A stretch of 64,000 nucleotides of DNA from positions 4,526,001 through 4,590,000 of the forward strand of contig NC_043017.1 in assembly GCF_006345805.1 (NCBI RefSeq), written 5' to 3'. Made by a program: the position numbers and the translations under genes. The notes under the pieces are model-generated. The model worked only from the letters and a program-made list of their open reading frames with translations. It was not told the DNA's origin and made no database searches. This document shows positions 28,737-40,700 of the stretch, piece after piece (position 1 is the first letter of the stretch; the number at the start of each line of letters is the position of its first letter). The stretch is from Octopus sinensis. Taxonomy: Eukaryota.

Positions 28737-29499
28737 CGGAAAGGTCTACTAGAGACGAAAGATCGCCGAACTTTTTTTTTTAATTAAAAAGAAAACGAAT
28801 AAAAGTTTAAAAGATCGAACTCGGCAGCCTATAAGGCCACTCCAAGTTTGAAATGAGACGTTGCTGGCATAATTTTATGCTTGACTTTTATGCTTTGATT
28901 TTCTCGAGTTATATCGAAGGAATGCCGACTATTTTATGCTTGACTAAAGGCGGTGCTCCTGCATGGCCGCAGTCAAATGACTGAAACAAGTAAAAGAGAG
29001 AAAAGATAAAAACTGGTATCTGTAGTTTATCAGTATCATGTACACTACTAAAATTATAGTAAAATAATTGCTGAATCTTAAATTTTTTAGTATCTTATAT
29101 AACTGATAATATTTCTTTATTATTTCAGAATATCAGATGACGTTGGCATTAAAAAGGATTATCAGAAGCACCATCACCTATTAACGACTAAGGAATATGT
29201 TATACACAACAGTTGTGTAAATTTGGCTACATAAATCTATGGAACAATTAGTGTGGAATACTACCTCTGAGTGATAATATCAACAAAATTTGTTTACTTG
29301 ACTATCTGAATGTGTGCAAGCTTGTTTTGCATTCTACTTAAACGTGGACAGATGTGAAAAAAGAAAAAGAGTTTGCAGTATCTTCAGCATTTGACAAATA
29401 TCACTGTTTAATAGAAGTACAGCAGTAGGTATTGTCTTTTAGGAATAAGATTTAAAAATAGAAAGAAAGAAAATATCAATGTATTGTGAAAGAATAATT

Positions 29500-29899
29500 A
29501 TAGATGATGAATTATTTCTGAACAAAGTTAAAATTATGACGATTTAAAAGGATTGATTTTCATTGTAAAAATATGAAATAGGGAACTCATATTATTGTGA
29601 TATCACTACAAACTCATTCTCTTAAAAAGGCAAGCTGACTGTTCCCAAATGTATTCCTATAGGAGAGAAGCCTTATCACAGTGATACCTGGGGAATCTTT
29701 TTCTCACAATAATAGCTTTACTAATTACAAAGATACACATACAGTAGAAAAACCATAACCATACCACAGTAATAACTGGTAAATCATTCTCTGCAAGAAA
29801 TAACTTCACTGCCTGCATATCCATTTATACAGGAGAGAAGCCATATCAAGTGAAATTTGTTGGAAATTGTTCTTTGAAATTAATCGTTTACCTGAACTC
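29500..29899 (+). pseudogene. Decayed ancestral 5' part (leader plus ~4 dead fingers) of the 29.9-kb ZNF gene
   Basis: ATA GAT GAT GAA TTA at the position of ATG GAA AAT GAA TTA. TAA at 29545. Finger remnants such as YYCDITTNSFS*KGKLT and GEKPYHSDTWG, with indels. Confidence 0.75.
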
Positions 29900-31012
29900 A
29901 TGCACACTAATATAGAAGAAAAACCATTTTGCTGTAATATTTGCGGCAAATCTTTCTCTAAAATTCGCAGCTTGACGAAGCATAAATACATTCATACCAG
30001 AGAAAAACTATATCGCTGTGAAATCTGTGGTGCATCTTTCTCAAATGGAAATAACTTAATTTGTCATAAACGCATTCATACAGGTGAGAGACCGTACCAC
30101 TGTGACATCTGTGGTAAATCGTTTTTGCAGCATAATCATTTGACCAAACATAAACACATTCATACTGGAGATAAACCTTACCACTGTGACATCTGTGGCA
30201 CATCATTCTCTCAAGGTGCTCATTTAACTATACATAAACGAACTCATACAGGTGAGAAACCATATCGTTGTGATACCTGTGGTAAATTATTCTCCAGAGG
30301 TGATCAGTTAGCAAAACATGAGCATATTCATACTGGGCAAAAACCATTTCACTGCCACACCTGTGGTAAATCTTTCTCTCAAGAAACTCATCTTACTACT
30401 CACAAGCGCATTCATACAGGAGAGAAGCCATATCACTGTAATATCTGTGGTAAATCATTCTCACAGAATTGTAATTTAACTAAACACAAACGCATTCATA
30501 CTGGAGAAAAGCCATATCACTGTGACATCTGTGATAAATCATTTTCTGAAAGTAGTAACTTAACCGCTCACATACGGATTCATACAGGGGAAAAACCTTA
30601 TTGTTGTGACATCTGTGGTAAATCTTCCTCTGGAAATTGTGACTTAACTAAACATAGACATATTCATACAAGAGAGAAGCCGTATGAATGTGATATTTGT
30701 GGTAAATCCTTTTCTAGAAATGGTGAATTAACTTCTCATGTACGCATTCATACAGGAGAGAAACCTTATGACTGCGACATCTGTGATAAAGCATTCTCTC
30801 GAAATAGTGAATTGATTACTCACATACGCATTCATACGGGAGAGAAGCCATATCACTGTGATATCTGTGGGAAAACATTCACTCGAAGATACGGTTTAAC
30901 TAAACACATGTACACGCACACTGGTGAAAAGCCATATCACTGTGATATCTGTGGTAAATCATTTTCTCAAAATGGTAACTTAACTAAGCACAAACGTGTT
31001 CACACAGGATAG
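29900..31012 (+). CDS. C2H2 zinc-finger protein, ~370 aa from the first in-frame ATG, 13 fingers
   Basis: Uninterrupted ORF (track start at 29867 is TTG; first ATG is 29900). Ends HTG then TAG. Acceptor tttcag at 29128. Confidence 0.85.
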   Translation: MHTNIEEKPFCCNICGKSFSKIRSLTKHKYIHTREKLYRCEICGASFSNGNNLICHKRIHTGERPYHCDICGKSFLQHNHLTKHKHIHTGDKPYHCDICGTSFSQGAHLTIHKRTHTGEKPYRCDTCGKLFSRGDQLAKHEHIHTGQKPFHCHTCGKSFSQETHLTTHKRIHTGEKPYHCNICGKSFSQNCNLTKHKRIHTGEKPYHCDICDKSFSESSNLTAHIRIHTGEKPYCCDICGKSSSGNCDLTKHRHIHTREKPYECDICGKSFSRNGELTSHVRIHTGEKPYDCDICDKAFSRNSELITHIRIHTGEKPYHCDICGKTFTRRYGLTKHMYTHTGEKPYHCDICGKSFSQNGNLTKHKRVHTG

Positions 31013-31020
31013 AAGCTAGT

Positions 31021-31730
31021 CAAGGTGGCACTGGCATTGGTCACGCTCGGATGGTGCTTTTTTCATGCCACCGGCACAGAAGCCAGTCGAGGCAGCACTG
31101 GCATCGGCCACGTTCGGATGGTGCTTTTTATGTGCCACCGGCACAGGAGCCAGTCGAGGCGGTGCTGGCATCAGCCATGTTCGGATGGTGCTTTTTATGT
31201 GCCACCGGCACAGGTATCACAACTACTATTTCCATTGATATTTATTTCGATGTTCATGTACTTGACTCAATAGGTCTCCTCAAGCACAACGGGTTGTTCT
31301 GAAATCCAAGGTACTTTGAATAGGCAGGGGTATGCAGAACTGGTGCAGGAAGCAGCCTGGGTCTTTACAGTCACAGCATATCTCCAGAGATCTCGGTCCT
31401 TCATCATCATCATCGTTTAACGTCCGTTCTCCATGCTAGCATGGGTTGGACGGTTCGACCGGGGATCTGGGAAGCCAGGGGCTGCACCAGGCTCCAGTCT
31501 TATCTGGCAATGTTTCTACAGCTGGATGCCCTTCCTAACGCCAACCACTCCGTGAGTGTAGTGGGTGCTTTTTACGTGCCACCTGCACAGGTGCCAGGCG
31601 AGGCTGGCAACGGCCACGGTCGGATTGGTGTATTTTACGTGCCACCGGCATGGAAGCCAGTGGAGGCGGCGCTGGCATCGGCCACGAGTCGGATAGAGCT
31701 TTTTACGTACCACCAGACCAGGGATCCTGG
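31021..31730 (-). mobile_element. Composite of two RTE-like LINE 3' ends inserted just after the ZNF stop
   Basis: Three 67-bp units (atggtgc at 31051, 31118, 31185), an RTE ORF-end remnant, then a second copy beginning catcatcatcgtttaacg at about 31400. Confidence 0.75.
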
Positions 31731-32159
31731 CTGAATCATCACTTATTGATTCACAAACACATTCATACGGGATAGAAGTCATATCATTGTTGCATGTAGT
31801 AAATCACTTGCAGCAGGAAACAAAAAATCGACCAAGTGACACGGGTGTGATGGGGGGGGAGGACACGTGACTTGACGAAACCACTTCATTTCCCGCCTTC
31901 TGACAAACAGATTGATATTTGTGCTAATCGAACCGCAAACTTCAGAACTCCCAAATTTGATTGATTTATTGGTGCTGCCCTGACCATTGATGAAGAAGTT
32001 GTTTCACAACCTATGTGGTGACTGCACGTCATCTTAGGCAAGTGTAATGTAACCAGCTGTGAATTGATGTGAAATTTGGTCGATGGATACTGCCCACCTT
32101 ATTACCGTATGTATCTGTGTCCAGGTTTATATTTACCAGAGTTGTGCCAAAAAGTGCAA

Positions 32160-32506
32160 CCAACCACATGGTTCAGGGTTCAGTCCCACTGCGTGACACC
32201 TTGGGCAAGTGTCTTCTACTATAGCCCCGGGCCGACCAATGCCTTGTGAGTGGATTTGGTAGACGGAAACTGAAAGAAGCCCGTCGTATATATGTATATA
32301 TATGTGTGTGTGTCTGTGTTTGTCCCCCTAGCATTGCTTGACAACCGATGCTGGCGTATTTATGTCCCCGTCACTTAGCAGTTTGGCATAAGAGACCGAT
32401 AGAATAAGTACTGGGCTTACAAAGAATAAGTCCTTGGGTCTAGTTGCTCGACTAAAGGCGGTGCTCCAGCATGGCCACAGTCAAATGACTGAAACAAGTA
32501 AAAGAG
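32160..32506 (+). mobile_element. CORE-type SINE, near full length
   Basis: caaccacatggttcagggttcagtcccactgcg...gaaacaagtaaaagag. Confidence 0.85.
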
Positions 32507-32668
32507 TTCAATAAAATAAGCATGAGACTGACATAAGGACTGCAGTTGATAAGATTGAGGAAACCTTTGGAGAATATTGCTATGGCTGTAGTCCAGCAAC
32601 TCAACATATCTTATGAGGTGACATCAGCAAGCAGTGACGTGTATAAACACAAAATCCTTATCAGTTCC

Positions 32669-32948
32669 TCGTGTCGGTGGCACGTAAAAAGCACCATCCG
32701 TTCGTGGCCGTTGCAAGCCTCACCTGGCCCCCGTGCCGGTGGCACTTAAAAAGCACCATCCGATCGTGGCACGTAAAAAGCACCCACTACACTCATGGAG
32801 TGGTTGGCGTTAGGAAGGGCATCCAGCCGTAGAAACATTGCCAGATAAGACTGGAGCCTGGTGCAGCCTTCTGGCTTCCCAGACCCCAGTTGAACCGTCC
32901 AACCCATGCTAGCATGGAAAGCGGACGCTAAACGATGATGATGATGAT
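32669..32948 (+). mobile_element. RTE-like LINE 3' UTR with (GAT)n tail
   Basis: gtggcacgtaaaaagcacc repeats...ggacgctaaacgatgatgatgatg. Confidence 0.75.
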
Positions 32949-34288
32949 ATGAACTTGTAAGAAAGTTACTAACTGAATTTTGTCATGGAGAAAATTTCTT
33001 GCTCTAGACAAATTGGTGTAAATACACAAAATCAGTCCACAGAGCTCCCTAAGTTGACTGTGGGATGCTTGCATCCAACTCGCAAGTTTGTGTTTATATA
33101 CATCACTGCCACCCCTTATTTTATTAATAGCAAGCTGTTGAATAGTGCAACCAGTCATTAAGTGATGACTGGAATATCATAAGAGGGGACCTATCTCTTG
33201 TGTCAATTCACAGGATTTTCCCTTCTGGATATGGTCCAGGAGCCAAGGATGCCGGAGGTCTCCACTGCCACAGGCTCAACATTAGTTTAGTCATGTTACA
33301 GGACCTCCATCACTTCCTGCTTCTAGTGGATATGGTCAGACATTGACAACTCAGTAAAAGATGAATACGAAGAATTCAAAGGTGGTGGTTGCATACATCA
33401 ATGATTAAACAGAAAAGATGGTAGAAAACCTTCAGCTGACAGATACAAAAAAATACCAAAAGACAAGGTCGTGTCTCTTGCTCCGTTTCGTTTCTGCATT
33501 GTTCTTAGGTTAAGGATTTTGGTTAATACATAATTAAATTGGGTCCCAGTTTCTAAAAAGTTAGCATTGTCTGAACCCCAGAATATTGATGTGTGCAATA
33601 AACAGCATTCATCATTTCTGCAGTTATAAACCAGGAGCTTGGAACTTGTTCTTTAATAATGTTTGCATGAACCTTCAAAGAAACGTTTGAAAGTTCAGAT
33701 AAATTGCAGTAATTAGATAAGACATTTTTAACTCTGATTTTGATGAGATGATTGTTTATTTTTCAAATGACGTAGGTCAGTGTGAGAGACCAGATCTGGC
33801 CAGCTTGAAGATTAATCAGGTAGAATATATTGGCCGGATATGGCCACTTTAAATGCTAGAGATAACTATTTAGCACTCAGATTTCTGAGAAACTAAATAC
33901 TTATTTATTCCCATTGATATGAATTAGTCATGCATTACCTTGTAGCCTTGAGATTTCAATGATGTGATTGTTTATTTTTAGAATAATATTGTAGAGTAAG
34001 TGTGAGAGACCAGATCTGGCCAAAGATAAAAAAACAGCTAGAATATTTCGGCCAGATATGGCTGGTTTAAAGATCTAAACTTTTTTCTTTTTTTTTTAAC
34101 CCTTTAGCATTCAGATTACTCTGTCAAGTGTAATGCTTATTCATTCACATTGATTTGAATTAATCATACAAGGCTGCACCAGGCTCCAGTCAGAAACAGT
34201 GCCAGATCAGACTGGAGCCTGGTGCAGCCTTCTGGCTTCCCAGATCCTCGGTCGAACCGTCCAACCCATGCTAGCATGGAGAGCGGAC

Positions 34289-34655
34289 GTGGAGACGCAA
34301 TGGCCCAGTGGTTAGGGCAGCAGACTCGCGGTTTCGATTCCCAGACCGGGCGTTGTGAGTGTTTATTAAGCGAAAACACCTAAAGCTCCACAAGGCTCCG
34401 GCAGGGATGATGGTGATCCCTGCTGTACTCTTTCACCACAACTTTCTCTCACTCTTACTTCCTGTTTCTGTTGTACCTGTATTTCAAAGGGCCGGCCTTG
34501 TCACTCTCTGTGTCACGCTGAATATCCCCGAGAACTACATTAAGGGTACACGTGTCTGTGGAGTGCTCAGCCACTTACACGTTAATTTCACGAGCAAGCT
34601 GTTCCGTTGATTGGATCAACCGGAACCCTCGTCGTCGTAACCGACGGAGTGCTTC
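34289..34655 (+). mobile_element. SINE family C nested in an RTE tail
   Basis: The RTE tail breaks at gagcggacgt (34290) and resumes ggacgttaaacgatgacgatg at about 34688. Confidence 0.8.
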
Positions 34656-36642
34656 TTTGAAAGAAGAGAAGAGAAAGAGAGGAGAATGGACGTTAAACGA
34701 TGACGATGATTATCTTGTGGCACTTATTTTCCCATCACTCTCTTTACCCAACCCAGGCAAATGCTGTCCATGGTCCATTTCATTATATACACCTCCCTGT
34801 AACTTAGGTGTATGGCACCCATCCCTTTCCCTGTCACATATTATCTTTCTCCAGCTGAGGTTGCCATGTATCTCCTCTAGTCATACTCTTATTCAGTGGT
34901 TCCCAGCTGATTTCTGACCATGTCCCACCGAATCATTTCTGAAATCCTGATGCCCCCTTGTGATATATAATTTTTGTTATTCAAAATAAAATGTTTAGGA
35001 AACGAATGCACATTTAATGAATAGTAGAGGGACTTCGGAAAATTCGCATGATCCGAGTTTTTCCCTCGTAACTTTTAGGAAAATGTTTTTTTTTAATAAA
35101 ATTTTATATTCAACTAGCATAGATAATGACTATAAAGATGTTTATGGGAAAATCTTTTCCTAGGAATGGAGAAAGGACATCAGAAAATTCACAAGATCCG
35201 AGTTTTTTGCCCATAACCTGGTGTTAGTTTATCGTGGATAGCGAGTATAAATCCAAATTTTAAATATTCCTCTGAATGTTGACGAACATTATTTTACTTA
35301 CACTACCGTATTTTTGAATCAGCATAACTACAAATTTTTGCATCCTCAACTTTGGCTGATCATAAATTTCAGAAAAATGGATATTTTTAATGAAATTATT
35401 TACGAATGTTATATCATGTAGATTCCGAATATACAAAATTTGGGGGGGAAAGTATTTTAGAAGGGGAATTTTGGAAATTTCACCAGAGTCCAATTCAATT
35501 CATCTTAACTTTCAAGAAAATGGATACTTTTTTAATGAAATTCTCTACAAATATACCTTTCGATTATGTAGATTCCAAGGACGTAGGAATTTTGGGTCTA
35601 TCTTTGAGAACTGTTCCTCACTTGCAGGTGTTTTCAAACAAGTCATCCATATTTATTTCATTTTGTTTGTTTTGTGCATCCATAGATTCTATACCACACA
35701 CACGTTTGTAATTATTACAAGATTGCCACTTTAGAGACATCAGATCTTGTGTTTATGACTGATGCACACAACCTGTTTTGATGTCTCTAAAGTGTCAAAA
35801 TTTGATAAATTTGTCATAGAGGGGATGTAAAAGAATTCTTTTTTAACTCATTCACGAATTGCCCCCTAACTATGTATGTATGCCTCACCAGTGCTCCACA
35901 TTTGGAATTACAGCTCTAACCTCTCATCACCTGGCACAAAGCCAACCCCCTCCTCATTTCATTAAGGGGTTTTGTCTTGATAGTAGAGTCTTCTATCTTG
36001 CCAGCTCCTGCCAGACCATCCGACCCATGCCAGCAATTGAGGAGGATGTTAAATTATTTACTTCAATGGTGTAAAAAATAATAAAGAAATTAATAAACAT
36101 CACACGTTTTATTACTTTGTTTTTTTACCTTCAGTTTTATTAACACACTTTTACAGAAAGAAAAACATTAAAAGTAAAAAGAGGATCAAATTAACAAAAC
36201 CCATAACTGCATCACCAAGGAAACAAAAAAAAAAAAAGCAACAGATGGGGGGGGGGGAGTAATGGGTTGTGTATCCCAGAGCAAATGATGTGTCTCTCAT
36301 CATGCCTCATTAGCATGATTGCAAAAGCATTGCTACAGAAAACAGCCACCCCACCACATGGTGCTCATTTCTCGGATTTGATTTTGGGGAGAAAAATCAG
36401 CAGCGTGAGGTCTCAACAGTAACCAGCAGAATCTAATTAATGGTTCATGTTTCTCTTTTCTGCTTTGTGGACAACCATACCTGAGTGTACTTTTAATTAT
36501 TTCCATTTGAAGAAAAAAATTTTTCGATTGATTGTCGATGTGTCTATTTGCCTTCCTATCTATGAACTACCAGAATCAACAATTATTTCTGATGCTTGTA
36601 GAGAAATTAAAGGAGTTCAATGAAAGACTATCACTCACTGCA

Positions 36643-37182
36643 TTAATTGAAGGATTTACTCTTTATATCTTTAGTGTAGAAAAGGTAAAATCCTTCGGTT
36701 AATACATTGTGACTAATCAAGGCACTACTCACAGAAAATGATTTATCACAGTGATATGGTGTTTCTCCTGTATGAATATGGCTGTGTGTAGTTAAGAGAC
36801 TTTTTTTGAGAGAATGATTTATCACAGATGCTGCAGTAATATGGCTTCTCTCCAGTATGAATGCGCTTGTGAGTAGTTACAAAATTTTGAGAGAAGGATT
36901 TACCATGGATATCACAGCGATATGGTCTCTCTCTCCTGTATGGATACGCTTGTGAGCAGTTAAATTATTAGTTGTAGCAAATACTTTACCACAGCTATTG
37001 CAGTGATATGGTTTTCCTCCTGTATGGAAGCATTTGTGAGGAGTTAAGTTACTTTTATGAGAGACTGATTTTTTACAGACATCACAGTGGTATGTTTTCT
37101 TCATCTTGTTCAACATATAAAAATCAATACTTTTAGATTGTATTTGATCTATACTTTGGTTCTTCAATTATTCTTTTCCCAT
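36643..37182 (-). pseudogene. C2H2 ZNF pseudogene (about 5 finger remnants)
   Basis: ATG at 37182 reads MGKE* (TAA in codon 5). (GA)n slippage frameshift at about 36926-36935; later fingers degenerate. Family acceptor present at 37483. Confidence 0.85.
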
Positions 37183-37632
37183 CAATTTTCTCTTTTCACA
37201 ATGTCCAAATATTTTCTCCTATTTGGTCTTGCATTTTCTTTCTAAGTTTCCTTCAGCTGTAATCTTAATCCTCATGTTGAAACACTGCAAAATCTTTCGC
37301 AACTTTGTTCAAATTTGATCATTTTGTACGGTAGCAAAATAAATATTTTGCAATTTCATTTTATTCAAAGGCAATATGTTATGGTAATCCAAAATAAAAT
37401 CTGAAATATCTTCCTTTAGTCATTAGCAAATGATGAATATTAAATAATGCATCTGAATAAAATAACAATGTTGTCTGATTTTCTGAAACAATAGAAAAAA
37501 CAAAATATAAGTCATTTAAAGATTAGAAATTTTACATTTTTATAATGATAAACTATAGATATAATCCTTTACTTAAACATATGAATCTTACTCTTAAAGT
37601 TGAGGCAAGTGAAATCAAAATCAAATTCGATG

Positions 37633-38019
37633 ACTGGCATCCGTGCTGGTGGAGCACTAAGAGCACCATCCGAGTGTGATCGTTGCCAGAGGAATGTAAA
37701 AAGCACCATTCGTGCGTGATCCCTACCAGTGTCGTCTTACTGACATGTGAAAAAACATTTGAGCAAGGTCGTTGCCCGTGCCGCTGACATGTAAAAAACA
37801 CCATTTGAGCGTGGCCATTGCCAGTACTGCCTGAGTGGCACGTAAAAGCACCCTCTACACTCTTGGAGTGGTTGGCATTAGGAAGGCATCAAGCTGCAGA
37901 AACTCTGCCAGATCAGATTGGAGCCTGGTGCAGCCTTCTGGTTCGCCAGTCCTCAGTCAAATCGTCCAACCCACGCTAGAATGGAAAGTGGACGTTAAAA
38001 AATTATGATGATGATGATG
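37633..38019 (+). mobile_element. RTE-like LINE 3' UTR with (GAT)n tail
   Basis: Same family as 32669. Confidence 0.75.
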
Positions 38020-38307
38020 TTTGACTAATCCTTTCAAGGCTGTGTCCCAGTGTGACCGCAGTCCAGTGACTGAAGCAAGTAAAAGATAAACCTGCATTGT
38101 AATCTATCTATACTCTCAAGAATGAATCCCCTGGAGAATTTTTGTGTTTGTGTGAAATAAGTAAAGGTATAATGCTAAAATAAAATATCTTTTCCATACC
38201 TCTTAAGATCACTGGATACATTAATCCCAGATTGCAGAAACAGTATTGAGGGTTTGAAAAACAAAAATCAGTTTCCTTTCACAAGTTTTTCCCGCTGAAA
38301 CTAATCG

Positions 38308-39617
38308 GGTAACTAATGCGTTTCATTTCCGTGTAGGTAAGGAGAGAGAGAGAGAGAGAGCCTTCTAAGAAAGAGAGGAGAGACATAAGTCCTTATGTAG
38401 TTGAAGGACATGGCTGGTCCGAGAGGGGTACATATAATTGAGCTGCCTCTCGAAAAAATTTGTGGTGTAATACTGTCTTGTCCTTCTCTGAGGAAATAAA
38501 TAAATATCTGGCCAGATATTGATGGAAATATTTGGATCCAGTACTTGACAGCCTTCTCATACTCCATTTTATCTCCCTCCACAAACGTTCAATGTTTTGT
38601 GTGTGAATATGCGTTTGATCACTATTTTCAGAATGGTTTATCACGTAATGGTGATAACCCAAACTGCTTAAATCACTGTAGGCAGCCCCTGTATCACTAT
38701 AAATAACTGAGCCAGGTTTGATAAATGTCTGGATGAGAGGAACCAGTGTCGCTTTGTCACGCTCCTTATTTATTAGTGGCACAACGAAACGACGCTTACT
38801 GGTTCGCTCTAATCCACCAAACAACCAAACTTGGTTCAAAATTGGACCCCTGTCAGGTTTCCGGTGGACAATTAAGGCCTCACCAATTTCGACCTCAATT
38901 GATTCTCCACCTATTTGTTCCTGTTTGTGAAGCCAGTTTTCTGTTACTCCACAACAGAACGACCTCCATTCTTGAGCTCTTAAACACATTTCCTGCTTCG
39001 CCATCAGTATCATATCACTCCAAGTTTGATTTAGAAATTCGTTTACGAAAAGAACGACTTTCCACGGAGGAATGAGTGCATTATCAAGAAAGGATCCTTT
39101 AAAGTCCGATACTGAATAACGACACTGCTGCCGTTTTCTAGATTCAGCGTCAGTGTAGCTCCTGCACTGCCAGAGATGCTCTTCCTTTATATACACGCAT
39201 TCACTCCGACAGCGTGGACATATTACATCAGTGGGCAGAACACCATGGTTCCGGAGGAATACAATAGATTCTTCATTCTGCTTATAAAAATCATAGATGC
39301 AATCATAGTATATGCGCTGACAGGTTGCACACGACATCACGGTAGAATTAAATCCGAACAGCTTTGCAAATTCCGCTTATTTTTATATGCTTTTCAGCTC
39401 TCTCTCACGCACACACACAGAAATGAACAAGTACTGTGGAAGAGAAAACAAATAAAAAAACACACACGCATACAACATACAATATGTAAATTAAGGATAT
39501 TTTAAAAAGATACAATAGTTTTCTATAAGCATATATTTCTTTTAAATCGCTTCTTTGTAGAGTGAAAACATTGATTGTCTCTCTCTCCCCACGCAAAAAT
39601 GAAACGCATTAGTTCCC
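38308..39617 (-). mobile_element. Merlin (IS1016/IS1595-like) DNA transposon
   Basis: 21-bp inverted repeats with 20/21 match (ggtaactaatgcgtttcattt at 38308-38328; 39597-39617), with looser extension on both sides. No clean TSD at these ends. Confidence 0.75.
38393..39337 (-). CDS. Merlin / ISXO2-like (DDE_Tnp_IS1595) transposase, 314 aa, first catalytic Asp changed to Gly
   Basis: Motifs ICPRC..WQC..C, IGGESIEVEIGEA (canonically VEIDE), VWLFGGLER, PGSVIYSD, YHHYVINHS, HTQNIERLW. No stop or frameshift. Confidence 0.85.
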   Translation of the reverse strand: MSCATCQRIYYDCIYDFYKQNEESIVFLRNHGVLPTDVICPRCRSECVYIKEEHLWQCRSYTDAESRKRQQCRYSVSDFKGSFLDNALIPPWKVVLFVNEFLNQTWSDMILMAKQEMCLRAQEWRSFCCGVTENWLHKQEQIGGESIEVEIGEALIVHRKPDRGPILNQVWLFGGLERTSKRRFVVPLINKERDKATLVPLIQTFIKPGSVIYSDTGAAYSDLSSLGYHHYVINHSENSDQTHIHTQNIERLWREIKWSMRRLSSTGSKYFHQYLARYLFISSEKDKTVLHHKFFREAAQLYVPLSDQPCPSTT

Positions 39618-40516
39618 CTATTAGAGTTTTGGCGGGAATGATACTTTTCCAGGTGAAAAATCAGGGTTTTTTTTTCTCTTGGTGAACCGAATGCAGGTAT
39701 ACTTGTCCAAATTTACCGAATATACCAATCTTGTCTTCTTTAACTGTAAAGAAACAAATGCAACTTATATATTTCATCTTGTATATAACAGTCAATCATA
39801 AATAAATAATAAATTTATTAATCCAATTTACATCGAATATTTTTTATCGACTCCCCGAATTTAGATGATCATAACTTTCAGTAAAATGGATATTTTTTAA
39901 TGAAATTCCCTACGAATATGTGTTATATCATGTAGATCCCAAATGTTTGGGGAGGGGCGTGTTTTAGGAAGAGTGGGGTAGGGAATTTCGGAAAATACTG
40001 GAGTCCAATTTTGATTTTGTCGAGTCATATCGAAGGAATACCTACCTTCTTCAGAAATTGCTTAAAAAATTGGATGCTAATTTGGGTCAAGTTGGTAAGA
40101 GGTCAAAAAATAAATAGGTCAGTAATTATGAAAAAAAGATGACATCCCTTGCATGCAAGCAAGGCGGTCAAGAACGTATATAAAAAGTTTTCATTAGTAA
40201 TAGACAAACATGAATTTCGAAACACATTTTATCCCATTCGTAAAAGCTACAATGAGGAAATATATTATGCCATTGATACACCTTTTTACAGCCTTACAAC
40301 AAATCTTTGTCAACTCACCCGTTTCATAAAAATAAAGCAGTATTAGATATTATACCACACGCGTAAGACTGCGAGCTGGTAGAATGCGAAGCGGCATTTC
40401 TAACGGTTCTTTACCATTCCAAGTTCGAACCCCGCCGAGGCATTCATTCGTTCTTTCGGAATCGATAAAATAAAGTCCCAGGGCAGCAAAAAAAAAGGTT
40501 AATGAAATTAAATAGT

Positions 40517-40700
40517 GGCGTAACTTCGGTATAAGTACCAGAAGCACCGGATACATTTCCAGAAAGTGTTTTTTTTATATATATATGGGGGGGGGTTAGC
40601 ATTAGGGTTTGTGTTAGGGTTAGAGGTGGGAGAAAAGGGTTTCAGTTATCTTCAGAAATGTAAACAAAGCCACTTACGGTACTTCTACCGAAGGATCGCC
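40517..40700. mobile_element. GG-ended MITE with 9-bp TSD (MULE- or Merlin-type) containing TTAGGG-like repeats
   Basis: TIRs ggcgtaacttcggtataagtacc / ggtacttctaccgaaggatcgcc. TSD ttaaatagt at 40508-40516 and 40903-40911, separated from the right end by a SINE. Confidence 0.7.

Noticed and set aside
29867-29899. TTG start given by the ORF track for the 381-aa ZNF (likewise GTG starts at 57836 and 39340, and TTG at 6776 and 37167)
   Set aside because: Eukaryotic genes; the first in-frame ATG or the family-homologous ATG was used instead.
31021-31230. Regular 67-bp repeats as a CRISPR-like array
   Set aside because: Contiguous tandem units with no unique spacers, no cas genes, eukaryotic context; part of a LINE 3' UTR.
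37376-38884. Spliced Merlin-ZNF fusion: the GAT-to-GGT change creates a donor-like TTG|GTGAGG on the same strand as the ZNF acceptor at 37483
   Set aside because: The spliced frame hits a stop about 35 codons into the acceptor exon, and the downstream ZNF is a pseudogene. There is no sequence support for a fusion protein.
40590-40630. TTAGGG-like repeats as interstitial telomere (also about 52060 and 61990)
   Set aside because: Only a few degenerate units, and at 40.6 and 52.1 kb they lie inside a MITE with TIRs and a TSD.
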